A stretch of DNA of 64,000 nt, taken from contig CAWCNJ010000003.1 of NCBI GenBank assembly GCA_963796955.1, forward strand, positions 32,001-96,000, in the 5' to 3' direction. The first letter of the stretch is position 1. The number at the start of each line of letters is the position of its first letter. Position numbers and translations under genes: made by a program. The notes under the pieces were generated by a model that was not told the DNA's origin, ran no database searches, and saw only the letters and a program-made list of their open reading frames with translations. This document shows, in pieces, positions 23,735-34,642 of this stretch. The DNA comes from Endomicrobiales bacterium (GTDB lineage Bacteria > Elusimicrobiota > Endomicrobiia > Endomicrobiales > JALOBY01).

Positions 23735-24790
23735 ATGTCAGAAAATCTTGCTAAGAAATTATCATTCCTGGACCGGTATCTTACCCTTTGGATCTTCTGC
23801 GCTATGGCCGGCGGCGTCGCGCTTGGGTGGTTCGTGCCTTCTATTACCGGCTTTTGGAAAAAATTCCAGTACGGGACAACGAATCTGCCTATTGCTATCG
23901 GTCTGATACTGATGATGTACCCGCCTCTTGCTAAAGTCAAGTATGAGGAGCTGGCGGATGTTTTCAGGGACAAGAAAGTGCTCGCGTTGTCACTGTTCCA
24001 AAACTGGTTTGTCGGGCCCGTACTTATGTTCGTGCTTGCGATACTATTTTTGCATAATTACCCGCAATACATGGTCGGCCTTATCATGATCGGTATCGCG
24101 CGCTGCATTGCGATGGTCATTGTCTGGAACGAGCTGGCCTGCGGCTGCACTGAATACTGCGCCGGGCTCGTAGCCTTCAACTCGATCTTCCAGGTGTTGT
24201 TCTATCCGTTATACGCGTGGGTTTTCATTACCGTGCTGCCGGGATGGTTCGGTCTTAAGGGCGTTGCGGTGCATATCACCATTTCCGAGATAGCTCGGAG
24301 TGTGTTCATATATCTCGGCATACCGTTCATCGCCGGATTTATAACGCGTTTTGTGCTGATCAGGCTCAAGGGCCGGGAGTGGTACGATTCCTTTTTCATT
24401 CCCAGGATAAGCCCGGTAACGCTGATCGCGTTGCTGTTCACTATCGTCGCGATGTTCTCTCTAAAAGGGGAGTATATCGTCAAGATCCCGCTTGATGTGC
24501 TGCGCATCGCCTTGCCTTTGCTTATTTATTTTGTTGTAATGTTCGTTGTATCATTCTTTATGAGCTGGAAGGTCGGCGCCGGCTATGAGCGATCCGTAAC
24601 GCTCTCGTTCACCGCGGCAAGCAATAATTTCGAACTGGCCATCGCGGTCGCGATCTCTGTATTCGGTATCGGTTCAGGGGCGGCTTTCGCCGCTGTTATC
24701 GGGCCGTTGGTAGAAGTGCCTGCGCTTATAATGCTGGTGAACGCCGCACTATGGTTTAAAGGAACGATAAACACAAATGGAAATGTTTAA
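23735..24790 (+). CDS. acr3: Acr3 arsenite efflux transporter
   Basis: [46 protein letters not shown]. Confidence 0.95.
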   Translation: MSENLAKKLSFLDRYLTLWIFCAMAGGVALGWFVPSITGFWKKFQYGTTNLPIAIGLILMMYPPLAKVKYEELADVFRDKKVLALSLFQNWFVGPVLMFVLAILFLHNYPQYMVGLIMIGIARCIAMVIVWNELACGCTEYCAGLVAFNSIFQVLFYPLYAWVFITVLPGWFGLKGVAVHITISEIARSVFIYLGIPFIAGFITRFVLIRLKGREWYDSFFIPRISPVTLIALLFTIVAMFSLKGEYIVKIPLDVLRIALPLLIYFVVMFVVSFFMSWKVGAGYERSVTLSFTAASNNFELAIAVAISVFGIGSGAAFAAVIGPLVEVPALIMLVNAALWFKGTINTNGNV

Positions 24791-25457
24791 CACAGTACTG
24801 TTTTCGGATGTGCACCTTGGTTCGCCGACCAGCCGGGCCTATGAGCTGCTTAATACCCTGAAACAGTACCGGTTCAAAAAACTGGTCATTGTCGGCGATA
24901 TGTTCGAGGACCTTGATTTCAAACACCTGACGAGCACCCACTGGGAGCTGTTGGAACATATCGGCAAACTTTCACGGCGCGACGTCGAAGTCATCTGGAT
25001 CGAAGGCAACCACGACGCAAAGTTCGTGCGCTTCATGGCGAATATGATCGGCATTCCCGCTAAGCTGGAGTACGAATGGGAAATTGACGGCAAAAAGTTC
25101 CTCGCCCTGCATGGCCACCAGTTCGACAGCTTCATGACGAACAATATTTTTCTCGGCCGGTTCCTGGCCGGTCTTTTTGCGATGTTCCAGCGGTTCACGT
25201 CTTCTCAACTGTTCGACCTTATCCTGGTAAAAGTTTCCGACCGGTGGCTGCGCCTTACGGAGCAGGTTGCCTACCTGGCCATTGAGTACGGCAAAAAGAA
25301 AAAAGCCGATGTGGTGATCTGCGGCCATACCCACTTTATTTTTAACTTGAAGAAGGACGAGGTTGAATACTTTAACCTGGGCTGCTGGAATAACGCGCCC
25401 TCATACCTGCTGGCGATCACCGAAGACGGAACTGCGACCTACAAGGTTATACCCTGA
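24777..25457 (+). CDS. Metallophosphoesterase, LpxH2/PlcP-like
   Basis: DVHLG, GD, GNHD, HGHQFD, GHTH, YFNLGCW motifs. Confidence 0.8.
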   Translation: MEMFNTVLFSDVHLGSPTSRAYELLNTLKQYRFKKLVIVGDMFEDLDFKHLTSTHWELLEHIGKLSRRDVEVIWIEGNHDAKFVRFMANMIGIPAKLEYEWEIDGKKFLALHGHQFDSFMTNNIFLGRFLAGLFAMFQRFTSSQLFDLILVKVSDRWLRLTEQVAYLAIEYGKKKKADVVICGHTHFIFNLKKDEVEYFNLGCWNNAPSYLLAITEDGTATYKVIP

Positions 25458-25465
25458 GGGAACCC

Positions 25466-26962
25466 GTGCGAAATGCTTTATACAGATACTTGTTCAGCAT
25501 CCTGCTGGTCCTTGCGGTTACATTTGTCGGAAGTATCACTAAAAATGTGCTCGCGCCGGTAAATGTTGTTTTTATTTATTTGATGATAGTTATCGCTACC
25601 GCTATCCTTTGGGGAAAGGGACCCGCGGTGCTGACATCTGTCTTGAGCGTTCTTGCTTTCGATTATTTTCTGGTGCCTCCCTATCTGACCTTCGCAGTAA
25701 ATAACTTTCAGTATGTTTTTACATTTGCGGGCCTTTTAATTACGGGCCTGGTCATCAGTGACCTCTCGATCAAAACAACGCGGCAAACGCTGGAGGCCGG
25801 CAAACGGGAAACGCAAACGGCCATCCTTTACCGGCTGAGCAGGGATCTGGCGGCATCATATTCTTATGAAGATGTCCTGGTCGCGATCAGAAGGAATATC
25901 GGAGAGATCTTTAATTGCAGCGTCGCAGTTTTTTTGCCATCGGGCGATACTATGGTCCCGGAAAGCTTCGATGCAGATTTTCAGATAGACGACCACGAAC
26001 ATGCGATTGTCGAATGGGTTAATTCCAGCGGCAGCCCGGCCGGCCTGGGTACGGATAGCCTGCGGTCGGTAAAGGCGCACTATCTGCCTCTCAAGATATC
26101 ACACGACACCTACGGAGTTCTGGGGGTGTTTTTCAAGGGGGGAAAATCAGCGCTGAGCAGCGATGAAAAAAATCTGTTGAACGCGCTGTCCAGCCAGGCG
26201 GCGGTTGCGATCCACCATGCGAGGCTGGCTGAAGATGCTCGCAGGCTGGCGCTGGATAAAGCGACTGAAAAATTGCAGATCACGCTTCTCAATTCAATTT
26301 CACACGATCTTCGCACGCCGTTGGTATCTATAAAAGGCGCCTTAAGCAGCCTGCTGCAGGATCCGGCATTGCTGGACGAGGATACGCGCCGGGAGCTGCT
26401 TTCGACCGCTTATGAAGAGTCAGACCGGCTTAACAGGCTGGTGGGTAATCTGTTGGACATGACCAGGGTTGAGTCCGGGTCCATGAAGATCAACCTTAAA
26501 CCCTGTGAACTGCGCGATGTGATAGGCTCTTCCCTTCAATCGTTAAAAGACACGCTTGAGGGTAGGGAAATACAGATCGCAATCCCCAACAATTTGCCGG
26601 AAATCCCGATGGATTTTACGCTGATGATGCGCGTATTCGTGAATCTGCTGGACAATACCATAAAATATTCACCGCCGCAAACCCCGATAACAATAGCTGT
26701 CGCACGCGCACATGATAGTGTAAGTATCGCGGTAAAAGATCGCGGTTTTGGCATCCCCCCGGAAGACCTTTCACGCATATTTAACAAATTCTACCGTGCC
26801 GAAAAGCCCCGCCAGATAACTGGTACGGGACTTGGCCTGTCCATCTGTAAAGGCATAGTTGAAGCTCACGGCGGCACTATCCGCGCAGAGAACAATCAGG
26901 ACAAAGGCGCTACCTTCACAGTCGTTCTGCCGCTTGACAAAGGAGAGTCGAATGCAGGGTAG
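25466..26962 (+). CDS. kdpD: KdpD C-terminal part: 4-TM DUF4118, GAF, histidine kinase
   Basis: FDYFLVPPYLTF, SISHDLRTPL H-box, NTIKY, DRGFG, GTGLGL. Lacks the N-terminal KdpD/USP domains. Confidence 0.88.
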   Translation: MRNALYRYLFSILLVLAVTFVGSITKNVLAPVNVVFIYLMIVIATAILWGKGPAVLTSVLSVLAFDYFLVPPYLTFAVNNFQYVFTFAGLLITGLVISDLSIKTTRQTLEAGKRETQTAILYRLSRDLAASYSYEDVLVAIRRNIGEIFNCSVAVFLPSGDTMVPESFDADFQIDDHEHAIVEWVNSSGSPAGLGTDSLRSVKAHYLPLKISHDTYGVLGVFFKGGKSALSSDEKNLLNALSSQAAVAIHHARLAEDARRLALDKATEKLQITLLNSISHDLRTPLVSIKGALSSLLQDPALLDEDTRRELLSTAYEESDRLNRLVGNLLDMTRVESGSMKINLKPCELRDVIGSSLQSLKDTLEGREIQIAIPNNLPEIPMDFTLMMRVFVNLLDNTIKYSPPQTPITIAVARAHDSVSIAVKDRGFGIPPEDLSRIFNKFYRAEKPRQITGTGLGLSICKGIVEAHGGTIRAENNQDKGATFTVVLPLDKGESNAG

Positions 26963-27653
26963 CGGTGATCCACGCATCCTTGTGGTAGATGATGAGAAAA
27001 CGATACGGCGCTTTTTGCGGGCGACGCTGGTTTCGCACGGGTATGGCGTGGCTGAGGCTGTAAATGGGCAGGAGGCGCTGGAACTTTCTGTCTCGGCGCA
27101 CCCTGATGCTATTATTTTGGATCTGGGGTTGCCGGATATGGATGGGGCCGAGGTGACGCGTCAGGTGCGTAAGCGTTCCCGGATACCTATTATTATTTTG
27201 TCGGTGCGGGACCATGAAAGTGATAAGATATCGGCGCTGGACGCGGGGGCGGATGACTATCTTACCAAGCCTTTCGACGCGGGCGAACTGCTGGCGCGTA
27301 TTCGGGCGGTGATGAGACGGTTGCTGCCGCAAAACAAAAGCGCTGTTTTTAAGATCAAAAACCTTATGATGGATATTGCCAGACACGTGGTGGAAGTGAA
27401 GGGGAAAGCGGTCCATCTGACCCCTACTGAATATAATGTACTGAAAATGCTGGTGGCCAATGCCGGTGGTATTGTAACCCAGGGCCAGCTGCTGAAAGAG
27501 ATCTGGGATAAAACGGAAAATGTTGAAGGCGCCGAACATCTTCTGAGGGTCACCATCAGCAACCTGCGTAATAAAATAGAAACGAACCCTGACAGGCCAA
27601 GCTTAATTCTTACTGAACCCGCCGTCGGTTACCGATTGTTTTCAGACAACTAA
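26952..27653 (+). CDS. kdpE: KdpE response regulator (OmpR family)
   Basis: ILVVDDE, LDLGLPD, DDYLTKPF, LTPTEY, ILTEPAVGY. RBS AGGAG at 26941. Confidence 0.92.
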   Translation: MQGSGDPRILVVDDEKTIRRFLRATLVSHGYGVAEAVNGQEALELSVSAHPDAIILDLGLPDMDGAEVTRQVRKRSRIPIIILSVRDHESDKISALDAGADDYLTKPFDAGELLARIRAVMRRLLPQNKSAVFKIKNLMMDIARHVVEVKGKAVHLTPTEYNVLKMLVANAGGIVTQGQLLKEIWDKTENVEGAEHLLRVTISNLRNKIETNPDRPSLILTEPAVGYRLFSDN

Positions 27654-27675
27654 CTCTTCTTTATAATCAAAAAAA

Positions 27676-27721
27676 TTGACTAATTTTTGACTTGCCCGCT
27701 CGCCATGTCTTGTGGTATGCT
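27676..27721 (+). promoter_or_regulatory. Candidate KdpE box (TTGACT direct repeat, 11-bp period) plus promoter TTGCCC-N18-TATGCT
   Basis: TTGACT at 27676 and 27687, abutting a weak -35. Extended -10 TGgTATGCT at 27713-27721. Confidence 0.55.
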
Positions 27722-27750
27722 ACCCCCATGATGTTGCATGGAGGGTATCT

Positions 27751-29457
27751 ATGATAGTGAACGGTTGGGTATTTCAATTGGTTGTCTTTTTGGTGGTGTT
27801 GACGGTAGCGGCTGTCGCGCTCGGCGAGTATTTGGCCGATGTATTCTCAGGCAAAAAAACATTCCTGAGCCCGTTGTTCAACCTTGTAGAGAACGCGCTC
27901 TATGGGTTGTTCGGTATAGACCCTTCGAAGGAAACAGGATGGAAAACCTACGCCCTTGATCTGGTAATATTTAACCTTGTAGGCATCGCGGCGCTTTTTC
28001 TGTTACAGCAGGTTCAGCACCTGCTGCCGCTTAATCCGCAGAAATTCGGGGCGGTAAAGTGGGACCTTGCGCTCAATACCGCGGTCTCTTTTGTTACCAA
28101 TACCAACTGGCAAAATTATGGCGGTGAAGGCACCATGAGTTATCTTACCCAGATGATGGGTATGACGGTGCAGAATTTTCTGTCCGCTGCCACGGGCCTT
28201 GCGGCGATGATCGTTTTCATTCGGGCTTTTGCCCGCCAAAGCGTATCTAAGATCGGCAATTTCTGGGTTGACCTTACGCGGTCAATAGTGTACGTGCTGC
28301 TTCCGATGTCGTTTATTTTCGCTCTGGTACTGGTCGGCCAGGGTGTGATACAGAATTTTGATCCGAATGTGAAGGCCAAAACGCTTCAAGGCGCCGAGCA
28401 GGTTATCGCCATGGGGCCGGTTGCTTCCCAGGCAGCCATTAAAATCGTTGGTACCAATGGCGGCGGCTTCTTTAACGCCAACGCCGCCCACCCGTACGAA
28501 AATCCTACTCCTATGAGCGACTATTTACAGATACTGGCGATGCTGGTAATAGCGGCTGCATCGCCTTTTGCTTTCGGCAAGATGATCGGCTCCAGAAAAC
28601 AGGGATGGGTGCTGTTCATCTCTATGATGATACTGTACCTGCTTGGATTAAGTGTCGTCATATGGTCGGAGTTCCACGGCAATCCCATTCTTGCGAAACT
28701 CGGTGTTTCGGGCGGCGTGAACATGGCCGGTAAGGAAGTGCGTTTCGGCCAGCTTGCGTCGGCGGTGTTTGCGCATTCAACGACCGTAACATCGTGCGGC
28801 GCGGTAAACTGTATGCACGACAGCCTTTTGCCGCTTTCCAGCATGATCCTTATATTCAATATCGCGATCGGCGAGGTCATTTTCGGCGGGGTAGGAACCG
28901 GTCTTATCAGCATGATCATTTATGCGATTATCACCATGTTCCTGGTCGGGCTTATGATAGGCCGTACGCCGGAGATCTTCGGAAAAAAGCTGGAGCCGCA
29001 GGAAATGGCCATGGCGGTGGTGATCCTGCTTGCCTCAACGGTGGTGCAGCTTACTTTTACCGCCGTTGGCGTCTCGAATGCGTTCGGACTATCCAGCCTT
29101 AATAACGCAGGTCCCCATGGTTTTACCGAGATCCTGTATGCCTTTGTATCCATGGCGGGCAATAACGGCTCAGCTTTTGCGGGGTTGAACGGTAACACGC
29201 CGTTCTATAACATTGCAGGGGCCTTTACCATGCTGGTCGGCCGCTATTTTGTTATCGTGCCGTCCATCGCGATCGCCGGGATGTTGGCACAGAAAAAGAT
29301 GGTGCCCAAAAGCGTCAAATTCCCTACGGCAAGTCCGTTGTTCGTTGTTATGCTGGTCAGCGTGGTCATTGTGGTCGGGGCGCTATCGTTCTTTCCGCCC
29401 CTGGCCCTGGGGCCTATGCTGGAACACATGATGATGCAGGCCGGGAGGACCTTCTAA
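27751..29457 (+). CDS. kdpA: K+-transporting ATPase subunit A
   Basis: [41 protein letters not shown]. Confidence 0.96.
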   Translation: MIVNGWVFQLVVFLVVLTVAAVALGEYLADVFSGKKTFLSPLFNLVENALYGLFGIDPSKETGWKTYALDLVIFNLVGIAALFLLQQVQHLLPLNPQKFGAVKWDLALNTAVSFVTNTNWQNYGGEGTMSYLTQMMGMTVQNFLSAATGLAAMIVFIRAFARQSVSKIGNFWVDLTRSIVYVLLPMSFIFALVLVGQGVIQNFDPNVKAKTLQGAEQVIAMGPVASQAAIKIVGTNGGGFFNANAAHPYENPTPMSDYLQILAMLVIAAASPFAFGKMIGSRKQGWVLFISMMILYLLGLSVVIWSEFHGNPILAKLGVSGGVNMAGKEVRFGQLASAVFAHSTTVTSCGAVNCMHDSLLPLSSMILIFNIAIGEVIFGGVGTGLISMIIYAIITMFLVGLMIGRTPEIFGKKLEPQEMAMAVVILLASTVVQLTFTAVGVSNAFGLSSLNNAGPHGFTEILYAFVSMAGNNGSAFAGLNGNTPFYNIAGAFTMLVGRYFVIVPSIAIAGMLAQKKMVPKSVKFPTASPLFVVMLVSVVIVVGALSFFPPLALGPMLEHMMMQAGRTF

Positions 29458-31493
29458 TGGAAAACAATAAAAAAAGTGTCTGGCAGTACGACATTATAAT
29501 GAAAGCGGTTCAAGGCTCGTTCGTTAAGCTGAACCCCATCACATTGCTGCGCAATCCTGTCATGTTCATTGTTGAGCTTGGCTCGGCGATAGTAACCTAT
29601 ATCGCTTTCAGGAATATGGCAGCCGGCAGAAGTTTTGCCTTTGACATCCAGATAAGCTTGTGGTTGTGGTTTACGGTCCTTTTCGCGAACTTTGCCGAAG
29701 CGTTGGCCGAGGGTAAGGGAAAGGCTCAGGCGGAAGCCCTTAAAAAAGCAAGAAGCGAAACAGCCGCCAATAAAGTGCTGGAAGATGGAACAATAGAGAA
29801 CATACCGTCATCCGATCTGCGCAAAGAAGACATTGTTATCGTTAAAGACGGAGAGATAATACCCGTTGATGGTGAAATAATAGAAGGAGTTTCCTTGGTG
29901 GACGAATCAGCGATTACGGGAGAATCGGCGCCGGTGGTACGCGAATACGGCGGTGATAAAAGCGGGGTTACCGGCGGTACCAAGGTATTGTCAGGCAGTA
30001 TTAAAGTGAAAATAACGGCAAACCCCGGCGAGACCTTCCTTGACCGGATGATCGGCATGGTGGAAAACGCCAAACGCCAGAAAACGCCCAATGAAAAGGC
30101 GCTTGAGATATTACTGATCGCGATGACCGTGTTATTCCTGGTGGTGTGCGTTACATTGAAATATTTCGCGGCATATATGCTGGTGCCTATTTCCGTTCCG
30201 ATACTGATCTCACTGCTTGTTTGTTTGATGCCGACGACCATCGGCGGGTTGCTGCCTGCCATCGGCATCGCGGGCATGGACCGGCTGCTGAGCAACAATG
30301 TTATCGCCTTAAGCGGCCGGGCGGTGGAAGCCGCCGGCGACGTTAACGTGGTGCTGCTGGATAAAACAGGCACCATAACGCTTGGCAACAGAATGGCGAC
30401 GGAATTTATGCCGGTTACCGGTGTAACCGCCGAAGAGCTGGCGAACGCGGCGATGCTTTCATCCCTTGCCGACGAAACGCCAGAAGGCCGGAGTATTGTG
30501 GTGCTTGCCAAGGATAAGCTGAAGGTGCGCGGTCGCGATATCCGTGCCCCGGAAGGTGCGGTTTTCATTGAGTTCAGCGCCCAGACGCGCATGAGTGGTA
30601 TCGATGTGGGTGGGCAGAAAATACGAAAAGGTGCTTTTGAATCCATAGTCGAATATGTTAAGGTCAGTGGCGGCTCTGTGCCCGATGATGTTGAGCGTCT
30701 GGCGAACGATGTTTCGGGCGATGGCGGCACGCCGTTAGTGGTTGCCGATGACAAACGGGTGCTGGGTGTTATCCGTCTAAAAGATATAGTTAAAACAGGT
30801 ATAAAGGACCGGCTGCAACAGTTGAGCAATATGGGCATAGAGTCGATCATGATAACCGGCGACAATCCTCTTACCGCCGTGGTAATTGCAGCCGAGGCTG
30901 GGGTCAGCGATTTTATCGCGCCAGCAAAACCCGAAACAAAACTGAACAGTATCAGAGAGCTGCAATCCCGCGGAAACATGGTAGCCATGATCGGCGACGG
31001 CACCAATGATGCCCCGGCGCTTGCGCAGGCGGACGTGGCTGTTGCAATGAATGCCGGCACGCAGGCCGCCCGTGAAGCCGCCAATATGATAGATCTCGAC
31101 TCTAATCCGACAAAGTTGTTGGATATTGTCGAGATCGGCAAGCAGATACTCATAACAAGGGGTTCTATCACCACCTTCAGCGTAACGAACGACGTCGCGA
31201 AATACTTCGCCATTATCCCGGCGATATTCGCGGCAACCTATCCGATGCTGGGTATATTGAACATTATGCATCTGGCTAACCCCCGGAGCGCGGTATTGTC
31301 GGCGGTAATATTTAATGCTCTGATAATCCCGATGCTGATACCGCTGTCGCTGAAAGGGGTGCAGTATAAACAAAGCACGGCGCAGTCGCTGCTGGTGCGC
31401 AATTTCCTCATATACGGTGTTGGCGGTTTGCTGCTGCCGTTCGTCGGCATAAAGCTGATCGATATGCTGCTGGTCACATTGAGACTGGTATAA
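29457..31493 (+). CDS. kdpB: K+-transporting P-type ATPase subunit B
   Basis: [20 protein letters not shown]. Confidence 0.97.
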   Translation: MENNKKSVWQYDIIMKAVQGSFVKLNPITLLRNPVMFIVELGSAIVTYIAFRNMAAGRSFAFDIQISLWLWFTVLFANFAEALAEGKGKAQAEALKKARSETAANKVLEDGTIENIPSSDLRKEDIVIVKDGEIIPVDGEIIEGVSLVDESAITGESAPVVREYGGDKSGVTGGTKVLSGSIKVKITANPGETFLDRMIGMVENAKRQKTPNEKALEILLIAMTVLFLVVCVTLKYFAAYMLVPISVPILISLLVCLMPTTIGGLLPAIGIAGMDRLLSNNVIALSGRAVEAAGDVNVVLLDKTGTITLGNRMATEFMPVTGVTAEELANAAMLSSLADETPEGRSIVVLAKDKLKVRGRDIRAPEGAVFIEFSAQTRMSGIDVGGQKIRKGAFESIVEYVKVSGGSVPDDVERLANDVSGDGGTPLVVADDKRVLGVIRLKDIVKTGIKDRLQQLSNMGIESIMITGDNPLTAVVIAAEAGVSDFIAPAKPETKLNSIRELQSRGNMVAMIGDGTNDAPALAQADVAVAMNAGTQAAREAANMIDLDSNPTKLLDIVEIGKQILITRGSITTFSVTNDVAKYFAIIPAIFAATYPMLGILNIMHLANPRSAVLSAVIFNALIIPMLIPLSLKGVQYKQSTAQSLLVRNFLIYGVGGLLLPFVGIKLIDMLLVTLRLV

Positions 31494-31499
31494 GGAGCT

Positions 31500-32089
31500 A
31501 TGATAATGAAAAACATAATTCAGTCGCTCAGGGTATATGTGGTTTTTACGGTGTTGCTGGGGTTGGTCTATCCGGTGGCGGTTACCGTTATTGCCCAGGT
31601 TTCCCTGCCGTGTCAGTCTGAGGGCAGTCTTATCCACCGGGATGGTGTGGTCGTGGGTTCACGGCTTATCGGGCAGAGTTTTACCGAGCTGAAATATTTT
31701 CAAAGCAGGCCTTCGGCGAATAATTACGACGGCACCAATTCGGCGCCGAAAACCTGGGCCCAACCAGTAAAAAACTGATGGATGGCACGGCGGTGTTGCT
31801 TGCCAGGGCTCGGCAGGATAACGGGCTCAGCTCCAGTGCGGCGATACCTTCGGATATGGTTCTTTCGTCGGCAAGCGGCTTGGACCCGCATATATCGCTT
31901 GAAAATGCCGCGCTTCAGGCGGGGCGTATCGCGAAGCTCAGGGGTGTAAGCCAGGATGCGTTGAAAAAATTGATCGTTGAAAACATCGACCCTGATTTCA
32001 TAGGGATATGGGGTTGTCAGGGTGTAAATGTTTTAACCTTGAACATGGGGCTCGACAGCCTGGCGAACAGCACAACAGGGGAGTGTTAA
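31500..32089 (+). pseudogene. kdpC: kdpC split by a 1-nt deletion at ~31741 (possibly a sequencing error)
   Basis: GSRLIGQSF...YFQSRPSA in the first ORF. Adding one base restores N-S-G-A-E-N-L-G-P-T-S-K-K-L into the second ORF with SASGLDPHIS and VNVL.LN. Confidence 0.9.
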
Positions 32090-32545
32090 ATGAAGACCAC
32101 AGATTTTCTTTGTCACGAAGCGATCATTCTTGACATCAAAGCTTGTGAAAAAGAATCGGCAATTAAAGAAATGGTAAATGTACTTGTAAAACTGAAGAAG
32201 GTCAATAACGCCGCTGAAGCGATCGAGCTGCTGATGCAGCGCGAAAAACTTGGTTCCACCGGTATCGGCCAGGGTGTTGCCATACCGCACACCAGGTGCG
32301 ATTCTGTAAAAGAGCAAGTGGCTGTTCTTGCTTTCTCAAAAAAGGGCGTTGAATTTAATGCGCTTGACAGTGGCCCGGTAAACATTCTATTCTTGCTGTT
32401 GTGCCCTGGCGCTTCAACGGGAGAGCATTTACAGGCGATGGCGAAAATATCAAAACTGCTTAAAGGAAAGGTGTTACGCCAGGCGTTATTGGAAGCAAAA
32501 ACGCCGGCCGATGTTCTGTCGCTGATCCAGCAGGCGGATGTGTAA
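32090..32545 (+). CDS. ptsN: PTS EIIA (Ntr/fructose type)
   Basis: REKLGSTGIGQGVAIPH with the phosphorylatable His. Confidence 0.85.
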   Translation: MKTTDFLCHEAIILDIKACEKESAIKEMVNVLVKLKKVNNAAEAIELLMQREKLGSTGIGQGVAIPHTRCDSVKEQVAVLAFSKKGVEFNALDSGPVNILFLLLCPGASTGEHLQAMAKISKLLKGKVLRQALLEAKTPADVLSLIQQADV

Positions 32546-32578
32546 ACGATGATGATCCAATTCGGGAGGGTTTTTTAA

Positions 32579-34531
32579 GTGGAAGAGCAACGGCCGGATC
32601 CTGACGAGCTGTTAAAACAAATTAAATTGGACGACACCGATGCCGCGGCGGCATATGCCGGCGGCAGGCTGAAAATATTCCTGGGCTATTCCGCGGGCGT
32701 GGGTAAAACGTACCGAATGCTTCAGGAAGCGGCGGCTAATAAATTGCACGGCATTGACACCGTCATCGGGATAGTAGAAACGCATAACAGAAATGAAACC
32801 GAGGCTATGCTGACGGGGCTCGAAGTGTTGCCCAGAAAAAAGATCGATTATTCCGGTATCACACTTGAAGAAATGGATATTGACGCCGTGCTGCGGCGCC
32901 GTCTGGACATAGTGCTCGTTGACGAGCTGGCGCATACCAACGCCCCGGGGTCCAGGCATACTAAAAGGTTCCAGGACGTTGAGGAACTGCTTAAGGCGGG
33001 AATAAATGTTTATTCCACGCTGAACATCCAGCACGTTGAAAGCCTGGTTGATGTCGTTAATCAGGTCTCCGGCATAAAAGTGGCTGAGACGGTGCCGGAC
33101 CGGATACTGGAGCTGGCGCAGGAAGTTGAATTGGTGGATCTGACGCCCGAAAAACTGCTGGAAAGATTCAAAGAAGGAAAGGTGTATATACCTAAAAAGG
33201 CTGAGCAGGCCATGCGCCAGTTCTTTAAGAAAGGCAACCTGCTTTCCCTGAGGGAACTGTCGCTGCATTACACCGCCAAACACGTGGATGAAGATGTGCG
33301 CGACTACATGGAAAAGAATGCTATCGCGGGGCCATGGCGTGTCGGCTCCCGATTGCTGGTTAGTATATCGGCAAGCATTTCTTCCCGTAGATTGATACGC
33401 TTTACCCACCGGATGGCCCAGGACCTGGACGCCGAATGGTTCGCGGTTTACGTGGAATCCCGCCAGCAGCTTGAGATCAGCGGCAAGGCCCGTTTGCAGC
33501 TGGATAAAAATGTTCAACTTGCCGAAGAGCTTGGCGCGAAAGTCGTTATATTGAGCGGCGCGAACGTGGCCGATGAGATACTGGGTTTCTCCAAGGCGCA
33601 TCAGGTAACCATGATAATCGCGGGACCTTCAAAGCGAACGTTTATGGACCGGTTATTTAAGGGCTCGGTGCTGAGCAGGCTTATAAATGAAAGCGGCAAC
33701 ATCAATGTTTTGATAGCGCGGGATACCGTACGCGAAAATGAACCTCAACGGCTCTATGATTTTCGCAAAAGAGATTTCCGATCGTATCTTGCCAGCCTCG
33801 CCGCGATTGGCCTTACCGTTGGGGCGGGTTTAGTGTTCCGCTCAAGACTTGAGCCGATAAACGTTGCGATGCTGCTGCTGATACCGGCGATCGCGAGCGG
33901 TATCTTCTGGGGAATACGGGTAAGCCTTTTCGCTTCCATCCTGTCGATCGCGGCCTTCGACTTTTTCTTCGTGCCGCCGTTCCTGACGTTCAGGGTCTCG
34001 GATGTACGGTTCCTTCCCAGTTTTATCGTTTTCATCCTCGTCTCGGTCGTGATCAGCTACTTCGCAAAATCGGTTCGCCAGGAGGCGGAGAGTTCTCGCC
34101 ACAGGGAACGGTTCATCTATTCCCTGTATTCATTCACCAGGACCGTTATGTCGGCACAGGGGCTGGAAAATATATTCGAGCGGGCGGTAAAAAGCATTTC
34201 AGAGGCATTTGGAAGCAACGTCGTAATACTGCTGCCGGGTGGATCCGGTAAACTGGCGCTTAAAGCCACTGACAAAGAAGGGCTGTACCTGAACGATACG
34301 GAAACAGCGGTGGCAGTATGGGTCTATAACAACGGTCAACCCGCCGGGAAAAGCACCGGGACATTATCCTCTTCCTTATGGTATTATCTGCCCATAAAAA
34401 TGGGGGAAAAGACCATCGGCGTCATAGGCATCAAACCCATCGATCCTGATAGATCGCTCACGCCCGAGCAGGATCAATTGCTGGAATCCTTTACCGGAAT
34501 AGTATCCCTGGCCGTAAGAAAATCGCATTGA
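32579..34531 (+). CDS. kdpD: KdpD N-terminal part: KdpD domain, USP, DUF4118, GAF; no kinase domain
   Basis: RPDPDELL, LKIFLGYSAGVGKT, VDELAHTN, LNIQHVES, FDFFFVPPFLTF. Ends right after GAF. Confidence 0.9.
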   Translation: MEEQRPDPDELLKQIKLDDTDAAAAYAGGRLKIFLGYSAGVGKTYRMLQEAAANKLHGIDTVIGIVETHNRNETEAMLTGLEVLPRKKIDYSGITLEEMDIDAVLRRRLDIVLVDELAHTNAPGSRHTKRFQDVEELLKAGINVYSTLNIQHVESLVDVVNQVSGIKVAETVPDRILELAQEVELVDLTPEKLLERFKEGKVYIPKKAEQAMRQFFKKGNLLSLRELSLHYTAKHVDEDVRDYMEKNAIAGPWRVGSRLLVSISASISSRRLIRFTHRMAQDLDAEWFAVYVESRQQLEISGKARLQLDKNVQLAEELGAKVVILSGANVADEILGFSKAHQVTMIIAGPSKRTFMDRLFKGSVLSRLINESGNINVLIARDTVRENEPQRLYDFRKRDFRSYLASLAAIGLTVGAGLVFRSRLEPINVAMLLLIPAIASGIFWGIRVSLFASILSIAAFDFFFVPPFLTFRVSDVRFLPSFIVFILVSVVISYFAKSVRQEAESSRHRERFIYSLYSFTRTVMSAQGLENIFERAVKSISEAFGSNVVILLPGGSGKLALKATDKEGLYLNDTETAVAVWVYNNGQPAGKSTGTLSSSLWYYLPIKMGEKTIGVIGIKPIDPDRSLTPEQDQLLESFTGIVSLAVRKSH

Positions 34532-34583
34532 AAGTACAATCCTTTTCGCATGGTTTGGTGGAGGTATAACAGCGTTATCTCGT

Positions 34584-34612
34584 TTGACTTTAGACGAGGG
34601 ATTAGGTAGAAT
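34584..34612 (+). promoter_or_regulatory. Sigma70 promoter TTGACT-N17-TAGAAT for pstS
   Basis: Near-consensus hexamers with 17-bp spacing, 30 nt before the ATG. Confidence 0.65.
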
Positions 34613-34642
34613 AGCGCTAACTTACGGCCCAGACCTTAAATA

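Noticed and set aside
27654..27750. kdpF small ORF
   Set aside because: No suitable hydrophobic ORF; the space is taken by the promoter.
29726..31213. 495-aa minus-strand ORF
   Set aside because: Antisense shadow of kdpB with no motifs.
32612..33601. 329-aa minus-strand ORF
   Set aside because: Antisense shadow of the KdpD N-terminal gene.
34532..34642. Pho box upstream of pstS
   Set aside because: No CTGTCAT-type 11-bp direct repeats; only a short ATAAC-N3-GTTAT palindrome.
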